NCBI GenBank assembly: GCA_965153455.1
Contig: OZ234494.1
Span: 682,001-746,000 of the forward strand
Direction of reading: 5' to 3'
Source of the DNA: Sphagnum compactum
Lineage: Eukaryota
DNA length: 64,000 bases
This document shows, piece by piece, positions 1 to 11,786 of this stretch; positions within the stretch are counted from its first letter, which is position 1; the number at the start of each line of letters is the position of its first letter. A program made the position numbers and the translations under genes. The notes under the pieces are model-generated. The model saw nothing but the letters and a program-made list of their open reading frames with translations. It ran no database searches and was not told the DNA's origin.

Positions 1-3000
1 TTCCACAATTACAAACCATGTAAGAAGTTTACCTTGGTTCAAGTTGATGGACATGTGTGTATGTAGTTTCAAGAATCAAAGATTGAATTTATAAACCACA
101 CCCTTATTATTTCAATTTTCTTGATTTAAATGTGTAGGTTACAAAAAAACAACTTTTATTTTTTTGGGGTTTATATTTCATGATTCACCTTAATATATAT
201 TATGTTATAGTTTACCATTTTAAATATAAAACAAAAGGATTCATAATCCTTTCAACCAATTTTGACCTAAATATGGTTTCTAACAATTACTTGAACAAGT
301 ACCTTTTTTTTATAAAATTTGAGTTGGTTATAATAAGTAGTGTGTAGTGTGATTAATAGGATGATTTGAATCACAACCACTTTTTAAATAACCAAAAGTT
401 TACATTGTTAGGGCTATTGGCTCAAAACCTATTTAATGCAATTTCTTTCTCTAATTATTTCTTTCAGGAATCTTGACAACAACAACTTCAATGGGACCTT
501 ATACATAGGAAACATTTCAAGCTTAAGTAGGAAGTTGACCAATGGCAATATTGCTGGGCATTTACAATCCTTAAATCTTACAAAAACAGATATTTCATAT
601 GTTGATTACAATTCATCCGACATCATAGATGTGACTACTACTATCATGTAAGTAGATATTTTGATCATTTCCAAAAGTAACCAACATAAATTGTGCATGT
701 CATTTTAATTTCTAATTTATTAATCTAAATACTAAATGTTAAGTAGGCTATATACATGTATGAACATACTATAATGAAAAAATATGAAATTATGTATTCG
801 CATGTAATTTTATCTTTTTGAACTTGAATGAAATCTTAAAATGAGAGAAGTTAACATTGTAAAACATCTATGCAATTCATGTCACTTAATATCAAGTGAT
901 TGTTATTTTGTTTGCAGACTTGAAAACAGTACATATTGTCTAGAATCATCATTGCAAACAAATGGGCAAAGATGTTATTGTGCGCAAAATTGTTTTGTTA
1001 TACCTGGTTAGTACCTATGTTGGATAAAACTCTATTATATATAAATTATTTTCCATTGTATATTTAATTAATAATAAATACAATGGTTTTTTTTTATAGA
1101 TGTAGTGGATTTATGTATAGATCAATATGTTGTTATACATATTTTTACAATAAATATTATTCAATTCCAAAATGTTTTAATGAAACCATTGATCATACTT
1201 ATATTAGCAAAAATAGTTCACTTCAAAAAATAAAGTAGGAATGTAAGTGATTAAGGTTTTAAATAGTTTCTACGGAGATTAGATTTTATGAAACTTTTGT
1301 TAATTGTCAAAATTCATACATATGTGTGGTTTTGTTTTCTTATAGACACAAGTAACAACAATACTCGAAAGGTGATTATAATTTCAACAATTGTAAGTGG
1401 AATTGTCCTAGCACTTGTCATTGCCATCACCACTTGCTTGTTTTGGAGGAGTAGACAAAGACAACGATACCTACTACTTCAACTTCACGAAAGTAAGTGA
1501 ATTTGCGTGCAAACTTATCTTTTGTTCACACTGATTTTTTCACTTATATTAATGACTTCATAAAAACTAGAAACATCACCTAAATCACAAAGTGTTTATT
1601 AGTTTCATGGGACCTAATTTTGATGAACATATATGTCCAAATTTAATATTATTGTTAAATGATCTTGTCTTTTGTTCATTTTTGGGCATATTGACAAAGA
1701 ATATATGACACATGACTTCATGAATTTAAATTATTTTTTTGTTAAATCATTTGGCATTTTATAGGATTTGCACAACATGAAGTTCAACCTACAATCTTTG
1801 GATATGCTGAACTCAAGGTTGCTACAAGAGATTTTCATCCAACTATGAAGTTAGGTGAAGGGAGCTTTGGTGTTGTTTATAAGGTAACTTGTTTAACAAA
1901 TAATGACATATTGAAAAATTTAATATTCCATATGACATTTTGTCTTGAAAAATTAATGTCCTATAAGTTGAACTAGTGATCATTTTTATTTATTTTTGAC
2001 AATACAATATACATTAGTATTGGGAAGGTAGAATTCATGTTATTTATCCATTGAACACATTGAGACATTTAAGAAAATATGTATTACCATTGTGATGAAT
2101 AATGTTTTTGTTTGATTCTACCAGGGAATATTTGCAAAGGGGGTAGAAGTGGCAATAAAACAATTGTCCGTGAAAACCCAAAACAACATAGATGAGTTTC
2201 TTAATGAAGTTATCATCATCAGTGGAGTGAAACATCGAAATCTAGTGAAATTAAAAGGATGCTGCTTACGTGACAACAAAAGATTATTGGTGTATGAATA
2301 TCTTGAAAATGGGGATTTGGCCGATTTGTTATTTGGTGAGTTTTTTAACTTTGAAAATATTTTCACACTTTAATCATTTTCTCTTTTTCCTTCATTTTTT
2401 TTTCTAACCATATTCACTAATGGCAATAGGACTTTAAGGTTTTATCGCAAACATTTTCATATTCAATCAATAGAAGAGATGTAAATTGTAATTAAATCAA
2501 CATTTGTGATGTTGTTCTAGGTGGACAAAACAATAGGGAAGTTTTGTTTTGGCCAACACGATTCAACATTTGCTTAGGAATTGCTCGTGGTTTGCATTAC
2601 CTTCATGACATTTCTCAGCCACGAATCATACATCGAGACATCAAAGCAAGCAATATTTTGCTTGATAAGAAGTTGCAACCAAAAATTGCAGATTTTGGAT
2701 TGGCCTTTTTATTTCCAGATGACAAAAGTCACATTAGTACAATGCATGTTGCTGGCACAAGGTGAGTTACATTGATTTTTTTGGCATTTAAATTCTCAAT
2801 ACATATTTTTATTCAAGTTCATCATTTATTTACTTATGTGTAACGTGGTCATTCATGCAGAGGTTATTTAGCACCTGAATATGCAACACGTGGCCTACTC
2901 ACTACAAAAGTTGATGTTTATAGTTTCGGGGTTTTACTTCTTGAGATTATAAGTGGAAGAAAGAATATAGATCACAACTTGCCACTAGAAGATATATATC

Positions 3001-3728
3001 TTGTCGAAAAAGTAAGGCATCCTATAACTACATATGTGAAATGCATTCAAATGTCAATTAATTAGATTTTGTTTATATGGTTTTAAATAATGATGGTTTT
3101 ACAATTTTTCCTTGCTATTAATTTCAAATCTTTTGACTATGAGATATGTTTCAGATGTCAAAATTACTCAAGTTAATGTCAAAAGTAAATTGGAACTAGA
3201 TATTGGCCTACAAAAATGCTAATGATAGTGGATGAATTTGTTATGTGAATGTACTTTTGGTTTCATATGGTGGACATAATAGTTAGTACAATTTTTTTCC
3301 ATAGATGGAAAATTGACCAAGGAATGTGATTTGTGTAGGCTTGGAGATTGCATAGGGAAGGCAATTTAATTGACATTGTGGATCAAAATCTCCATTTACT
3401 CAATGATGAAACCATTCAGGCACAGCGACTATTGAGCATAACTCTTTTGTGTTTGTTAAATGATGGAGAGAAGCGACCTTCTATGGCTCGTGTGGTGGCA
3501 ATGTTACAAGGGGAAGTGGAATCAGAGATTGTGGAAAATGATTTAGCACTAGGAAGATCAAGCATAAAATTACCTCCAAGTTCATTATCTAGTTTAGAAT
3601 CTAAATTGGAACTTTCCAATATTTCTGAAGGTTCAGAAACTAGCTCATTAGTGTTTTACAATCATTCAAATGCTAGTATGATTGCAACAAGTTCAAATCT
3701 ATCTGGCATTGAACTTTCCACTGTATAG
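1..3728 (+). CDS. LRR receptor-like Ser/Thr kinase, 3' part (5' end lies outside the window)
   Basis: Phase-compatible GT-AG exons: <1-19, 468-647, 918-1006, 1346-1492, 1765-1883, 2125-2335, 2521-2761, 2861-3011, 3339-3728. They encode an LRR ([17 protein letters not shown]), a Cys cluster ([10 protein letters not shown]), a TM helix ([30 protein letters not shown]) and a complete RD kinase ([48 protein letters not shown]). No internal stops. Confidence 0.93.
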
Positions 3729-6700
3729 GTGAATAGCAATTCAAAACCATGAATTTTAAACAAATGATGTAATAGTAACATGGCAAGTATATGATTTTGG
3801 TTCCATCTTGAGATGATAGGAACTCCACACATGAATACACTTGCCACAGTAGGAACCAAGTACTTCCAAAGTTGTAAGGCAATTATTTAGTTGATGTCTT
3901 TAAGCATGGGTACATAAGTGGGTTTATTTACAATATGTCAAATCTTATTATTGTGTATGGGGGAAAAAGTTTCCATTTCATATTAATTTTGATGACCATG
4001 TTTTTATTAGAATTGCAACAATGATACAAATGAAACTTTTAGAATGTCCTTTTGGAGTTGTTAATTAGTGATTTTGTTTTGATGAAAATTTGTCAAAACA
4101 TGATGAATGTTTTTTTAATGGAATATTTTGTCACAAATATTTTTTTTGAAAAAACTTGTCTAAAAGGTGCAAGAAACTTGTTTTGGGGGAAGACATCATC
4201 ACATTTATCCTTATTGGCTACAATTTTAAGAATTCCTTGAAATAATGTCACTAGTGAAATTGAAATCTACCTAGGGATGTTCGCCACCCTAGCTCCATCA
4301 AGAAATTGAAAAAAGGCACTACTATTATTAATGTGAAATAATAGTTTACACACAAACACTCAAATTTCAACCCAACTATGTCAAACTTTCATTCATTTTA
4401 TGTTGACCATTTGATATTGATGTGGAATAACAACACAATGTAAACAATTAGAGATTTTGGAAAAATGACATAAAAGTCATTTTATGAAAGTCATAAAAGT
4501 TAAAGTAGAATGGAAAACAACCTTGATTAATATCTATTGAATTCAGCATTATATGTCATAACATGAATGACATGATAATGTTAAAAAATTCTACATTTAA
4601 TGGTTAGTATGGAATATTGGTCTATCTTGGAAATGATATTTATAAATGTTGGTAACCAACTAAAAGCAATTTGATGACTTTCAATTATTTTCATGTTTTA
4701 TTATATGGTGTCAAATATGAAATATAATTTAATTTTTTTATTCCTTAGGAGTTGAAATTATGATATGTGGGCATATATAAAGATACGGAACTAGATATTG
4801 CATTTTGAACCATCTTGACTTTGTGGAGTGCATCTAATTGTAAAGGTTCAAGTGTTCAAACCATATGGATTTTTTTTGAAAATTGAAAGTTGCGAATTTG
4901 AATTCAAAAACTACAACATTAAATATTTAAATGTACTTTATAATTGTATGACCAATGGAATTTTGTAATTATAAAATAATGTTGGCATGCACATGAGGAG
5001 AATACACCTTTTCTCCTTGCATGCACATGGTAACAATCATAAAAATAGATTAATATACGACAACCTTGCTAAAGGAAAAAATACCAAACCTTTGCCTAGT
5101 TTTTTCTATTTATTGCAATAGTACGATAATTTAAATTTGGGTGAAAGCACATTAAAGTCCTTCAAAATTGTTGTCATAGAATAGTTCTTTTACATTTCAA
5201 AACTTTGATGAGATGTGTTTACCAAACTTAATGGCAATATTGCGAATTTTAAATAAATTTGAAAATGTTAGAACTTGATTTAGTTAATTCAAAAGAATTG
5301 AAAGGAAGATGAAAATTTTATATGTGATGAATTATTTGACCCATCATAGAGTATGAAAAATAAGAAACATATTTCAAAATGAAATATAAGTGATATTTTT
5401 GTATGAAAATTTAGGTGAACAATGATAATAATATAAAAAAAGACAATTCACCATTTTTTAAATATTAATATTATTTAAGCACATTGGTAAACAAAACATA
5501 TTTTTTAGTTTTTGAAAGCCATAAAAATATTACTAGATATTTTTATGAAATAAGTATGTCAAATGAAAGAAGGGGAGGTCCTTGAAGTTGGTATTTTATT
5601 TTATTTTGTTTTCCCTTATTTTTATTTCATGCCACCCCAAATATATGGCTCCTTGCTAGGTCCAAATGGTTGGCAAATTGTATCTTACGTACATTTAGAC
5701 TTACATTGCATACCTAGTCCTCTTTACAAGTAGACTATTGGAGCAAAGAAGTTAACATTTTGATGAACTTGATGCTTCAAATTAATGAGTAGCTCCAATT
5801 TTGAACATCTTCATGGCACCACCACTTGACAAGCCACATGTTGGATTAACAATTGTGTTGCCACTTTGTGCATTCCATTATTGGGTCGATTCAAACGTAA
5901 TGTTTTATGTTCTTTCAAACTTCTCATTTCCACCTTGTGTAATCCCTTGCTAGCTCAATTCAAGTAGCTTGGATTTTTCTTCCAACTTTTGAAATTTCTT
6001 GCCATCAAATTTTACAATCCATAGGTACTAGGACATTTTGACAAATTTTCAAGTTTCTTGCCACCACCTTTTTGCAATCCACCTGACCCAATTCAAGTTC
6101 AAACATTTTGGTAGATTTGCAGGTATTTGGTAGCAATTGGGGGATCAAACTTGGGGATTGATTGCTTGTTAGTTCAAACTTTGATAGTTTCAATCAAGTT
6201 TTTTTTTAATTCCACCATTGGCTTGATTCAAGCTCACCATTTGGACTTTTTGATAGTTTATCAAATTTGTCAAGTAATTTTTATTCTCACAATAACTTTT
6301 GGATTTTTTTTTTGTGAACCTAACTACCATGTTTAAGAATTTAATTTGATGTTTTAATGGCGGCATGTTCAAAAGTATTTTGAAGTTGGTGGGTAGATTA
6401 CTATGCACATACTAGATCATTTGTAGAATTTTTTTTCCTCACTCTTATTTTATTATTGTAACCAACTACAAAGGGTGATTGTAGTTGAAACAATGGGTCC
6501 ATCAAATGATTAAGGTGTGACATATGTTTAGTGTGTCTAGGTCTTCAACTTCCATTTAAGCTTTTACACAAGCGTGTAAGTTTTTGGTTTAATCGTTGAA
6601 AGTTGTGCATGACAAACATCAGTGTTTGGAATGTTTGCATCTGTGCATACTTTGAAAAAAAGGAAGAGCAATGTGTTTGGAAGTTTGTCCATTTCCTTGA

Positions 6701-8056
6701 TCTATTTTGTTATCTTCATGTACAACATTTCTTATGTAACACATAAAATCTCTCAACATCACTTCTAATCTTGACATATTGGCCAAAATTATAATTTGGT
6801 GCAATATGCACTTCAAAACTCGGATGTGAATCTATAGGTATTAGTTTTGAAATACTTGTTCAAAAACATATGTGTGTTCTTTTAAGTGCTCTAGTATGTT
6901 TCTTTTGTTTTTGTCTTTCTCTAGGAAAACTTTCAATTTTTCTTGGTTGATAGTGTCTTATCTACAAATGGGCAACTGTTTTGTTTTCATGTTCAATGAA
7001 TTCATGCACATTTTTTGTTGTCATAGTTCTTTGAGAATTATTCTTAAAATAGTGACTTTTCCCTCTATATTCAAATAGGTATGTCTAAAATGGTGAGTTT
7101 TTCCTCTAGATTCAAAAATATATGCATTTCAAGCCTTTTTTTAACCTCTAGGTTTAGTGAAGCCACTACTCAAATGGCCTTGATGATAAACACTTGTGTT
7201 GATGATTACAAAAAATTTAGGTTAAATAATATTAAATATGTTGATCAAGTTTTGTAGAAAAATGGAAATTGGTAAACATGATCAATTTATGTTAATTCTA
7301 TCACTTTTGGGAAATTTGATTGAACTTTGTTTGTGGGAAATCATGAGGTTATTTATTGTATAGATTAAAGAACATATGGACTTCATTTACATTTACCTAC
7401 ATTGCTATGGTGTGTTATTTAAAATGTTGGCACAATTGACTAATATTAGATGCATATTTTGATTATTAATCAAAATTTAATCTTTTAATTTTGACAAAAA
7501 CTCAAGATGCGATTTTTTAAAGTTTTGTTTTTATGAACTTTGTGAGTGGCTAATCATAGACATACCATTAGGACTTGATAAAGTTAGTGAATAGTCATGG
7601 CAACTAGCCACTTGTTTTTAATGAAGGTGATGGTCTATTAATCACCATTGCTTCATTGTTGTTTTGCTGTTGTTCTTTAGTAAGTAAATAACTCCTAAGG
7701 TTGTTAATCTCTCATTGACAAAATGTAGTCTAGTGGAAGGTTCAAACTATGGTTTAAGTCAAAACTATAATATTACCAAATTGGTTCACCCATTAATGGC
7801 TTAATGGTGTTAAAAACAAATTTCCAATTTGTTGAGGAGATTGAATTCCATCCTATTCATGGTCTTTTTTCCAAATTAAGTTATTAACATTTAAAAATGT
7901 TTTGTGCTAACTCATATCATTAATATTATTATTGTATTGATCACCAAACCAATATCGAAGTTCAAATTTGACACTTGGTATTGGCCATTATTAGGAACTA
8001 ACACTACTACAAAAGTGGGGGGTTGTTCACTAGCTTAAATCACTATGGGACCTTAA

Positions 8057-8218
8057 AAGTGAAATAAGTTCACCATATTTTTGTGATTTCACCCTGTAAG
8101 TGAAATAAGTTCACCACATTTTAGTGATTTCACCCTATAAGTGAAATAAATTCACCACATTTTAGTGATTTCACCTTGTAAGTGAAATAATTTCATTGCA
8201 TTTTATTGATTTCACCAT
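8057..8218 (+). repeat. 41-bp tandem repeat x4 (CACTA subterminal repeat)
   Basis: Unit AAGTGAAATAAGTTCACCAYATTTTWGTGATTTCACCCTRT starts at 8057, 8098, 8139 and 8180. Confidence 0.9.
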
Positions 8219-9738
8219 GATGAAAGTTATTTCACTATAATATCACTATGTAAACATCATGTTTCATTATTATTTAACATAATTTTCTATTATAATTTAT
8301 TGTAGTAAATAGGTATATTTTTATGTTTTTCATTTTTTCATATATGGTTACTTTATGATATACCCTATTTTATTCTAAACTATTTTAGTTATTCTAATTC
8401 ATACCTTATGTTATTATAAGTCATTATAAGTTGTTATAAATATTGTACCTTAAACGATTATAGTTTATTTTACCTTAAAGTATTTTAACTAGCTTATTAT
8501 AAGTTTTTAAGTTATTCCAAATTAAATTATTCAACTAACCTTAGGCTATACCTTAGGTTATTTTATTTTAAGTTAATCTATGTTATTTCAAGTTTATTTT
8601 AAGTTATTCAAAGTCATTCTACTTTATGTTATTCTAAATTATTTTATTCTAAATATAGTAATTTAAAATTATCTAAAATACACTATAATGACCTAAAGTA
8701 AAATAACTTAAAATAAAAATAATAACCTATGAAAAATAATTTAAAATACCTTACAATATAATAACTACCAATAGCTTATGATATTATAACATAGAATATC
8801 CAACAATAATTTATAATAAAATAATCATCAATAATTGTCATATAACATATAATCACCAATATCTTATAATATAATAACAATTAATAACCATTAATAAAAT
8901 AACCATTAATGGCCATCAATAAAATAACCATCAATAACCATTAGTAGAATAACCAATCATAATCATTAACAAAATAACCACCAATAGAATAATTAATAGC
9001 CATAAATAACCACTAATAGCCTTAATAAAAAAACCAATAACCATATATTAAAATTGCTTAACATTGTCAAAAATAATCTAACGTGAATAATTTATCATAG
9101 ACAAAAGTAATTAAAGGTGAAATAAACTATAATAACCTAGAATTGCCAATAATAACATAAGATGAAATAACCTTTAATAGCAAAAAAATAACTTATAAAT
9201 ATTACAAGTAACTTAAACTAAAATAATTTACAATAGCCAAAAAAAATTACAATAATTGAAAATAACCTGAGGTGAAATAAGTTAAAAGAACCAAAAGTAA
9301 CCTAGAATAACCAAAAGTAGCCTAGGATGAAATAACAAAAAATAACCAAAAAATTTAAGAATGGTCATAAATAGTTGTCAATAATGTAGGGTGAAATAAT
9401 TTAAATTAATGAAAAATATTCATATAATAATTGAAAGTAATTTAACATAAGTAATATTATTATATTAATAGAAAATATCCATTTAAATTTTATTTTTTCA
9501 ATAGAATGGTCATTGAAATGTTATTGAATAATGATATTCAAATTTTTTTTGTTCAAATGATTTGAAATTTTCAAAAGGAAATAAATTTAATTATATACAT
9601 TATTGAATTTTCAAAATAAATAAACTTGAATCATTTCATTTGAACAAAATCTCAATAAGATATGAATTTTCAAAATTTATGTTTTAATAATGTTTAGAAT
9701 GAAATATTTGATAAATAGAATGTAATGTAACATATTAT

Positions 9739-9822
9739 CACAACAACTGCGGTGGCTTGATGGTAAAGGTGTTGACTTCCATTCCAAAGGTCAAGGGATC
9801 AAACTTCATGAATGTTGTTGTG
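9739..9822 (+). other. Degenerate tRNA-like module (Pol III A/B-box-like) inside CACTA element A1
   Basis: A-box-like TGGCTTGATGG (9753), anticodon-loop-like CTTCCAT and B-box-like GGATCAAAC (9796) at tRNA spacing. Flanked by CACAACAAC/GTTGTTGTG, a 9-bp inverted pair. The cloverleaf stems are broken, so this is not called a functional tRNA. Confidence 0.5.
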
Positions 9823-11786
9823 TGTGATCAACAATGGTATGTTGATCGAATATTCCCTATCGAATTCCTAGAATAGGTGATTAAGTTGATTATGTGTCTC
9901 ACTTAGGCTAGGTTTTTAACCTAGTTTAAGTAGTGACACGTGTCAATAAATCATAGGTTTAAAATATGAAATGATCAATAATATTATATTAAATAATTAA
10001 ATTTTAATTGATTTCCATGCTGGTTAATTAATTAATTAGCAAGTGAATGGTTTGGTAAATTTTTATTTCATTACAGAATAACCTTGTTTCATTAGGTATT
10101 AATGAAACAATTCATTGTCTGTAGCAATTGGTCCATGTTCACTAAGGGGTTAAATAATTTCACTAGGTGAAAATGTTCAAATTCACTCAAAAATCTAATG
10201 AAACCCAGAGTGAACTAGGACGCATTTCTTAGTAGTGTAAGTTAGATGACAAGCAAATGCACTTGAAATAATCAGTGTTGTATTCACCATTGTCTTAGTC
10301 TATTATGATCTATTTAGTGGTTATTCAATTTTTTTTAATCTTATTGTCTTTCTACAAGTCATTGTATAACCTAGTACTATTTGTACTCTTGTTTGGCTTG
10401 TAAACTCATTGATGTTATTATCAATCCAATCAACCATTTTTGTTTAGATGGATTCAAGTGCATGAAAAGATCTCCATATGTATGTGGTATCATAATTTTG
10501 ATTAACTTTAGATGTTAAAGATGTTAGTACAATAAACCCCTTTTATAATCATGATCACACCTTTGGTGACCACTTTTTTTGAGACACCAACGAATTGTGA
10601 TTTAAATGTGTATAGTCACATTCTGTATAAACCTTTACAAGATTGTGACTATAGGCCAAAAAAATTACAACGCAACCTTTTTATGCTAAAATAAAGTTGC
10701 CAATTGATTAAATTTTCTACATGGCTTATTCTAAGTTCTAATATGCATTATTAGACTTGAAGAAAAGGTTGTGAATTTTGCCTTTTCTTAATGTCATGAT
10801 TTACATAAGTTTGAGCTCCTTAATTATTAGCTTGTGTATTTTATCAATTAGATTTTTTAAATAAAAAATTCATAGTTTTTTTGGCAAATTCGCCTATCTT
10901 TTGCTTGTCTACATTAGAAAGTTGTTGTTTTTTCTCTTCAACTAGATTCTTTTTATTAGTTTGCAGAATTGGAACACAAAGTAACATTAACATTGACAAA
11001 CTATAATTCACAAAACCCTAATATTTACCCTAGATTTCCCCCATTATAGTCACATTTACAAAGAAAGTTTTGTAAATATTTTGTGCTACTAATGATTGTG
11101 ATAGTGATTTTAAAGAGTGATGTTTCTTATTAAAATGGGGGTGATTATATAAAGGTTTACTATATAATGATTGCAAATCATGTTTATTATTTTTTCCTTT
11201 CTTAATTGGATGTTGATTGGTTTTTTATTGTTAAATATTATATTGGAACTTAGATTAGGCCATAACTATTGCAAAGAGAATGGTAGTATAATGTTGTGAA
11301 TCACACCCTAACAATACCAATGGTAGGCTACCTTGTCATGTGCCTTGACATTTCAAGCATTAATTTTTGGCTAATCACAATTCTTTGTGTAATTTTTCAT
11401 TTTCTTAGGATGCTCTTGGAAAAAATGTGATCACTTTCAAACTCAAGTGATGTTCCTCACAAGGAGTAACTTCAAATAACAACACATCTTCCCATTCTAA
11501 ATGGTCAATGCAATACCATGTGAAAGGTTCAAGAATGAAAACATTTTACATTAACCTACTATCACGACTAAGCATAGCGAATGAAAAAAGTGGTTAGGTA
11601 ACATTGACCTTCATAAACCTCTTCCAAGTTGTCTACTAACAAGATTAGCATGTTCGCAAACAATGAAGTTGGGTTAACAAAAAGGTAAACAACAAGATAA
11701 TAAACACTTGAAATGTTCATGATAATTATGTAGGTTGACAAAGGTATTTGCATTTGAGCATGATGTGCAAACTATAGGTAGTTGAA

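Larger units (their letters stand above)
8002..10237. mobile_element. Non-autonomous CACTA (En/Spm)-type element, family A, copy 1
   Basis: Starts CACTACTA (8002) and ends TAGTAGTG (10237), with a 3-bp TSD TAA/TAA. Carries subterminal GTGAA/TTCAC repeats and inverted AATAAC/GTTATT-rich tracts. No transposase ORF. Confidence 0.85.

Noticed and set aside
8057..8218. CRISPR array
   Set aside because: Head-to-tail 41-bp units with no unique spacers, lying in a CACTA subterminus.
9746..9820. Functional tRNA-Gly(TCC) gene
   Set aside because: The acceptor, anticodon and T stems do not pair properly. Kept only as a tRNA-like module.
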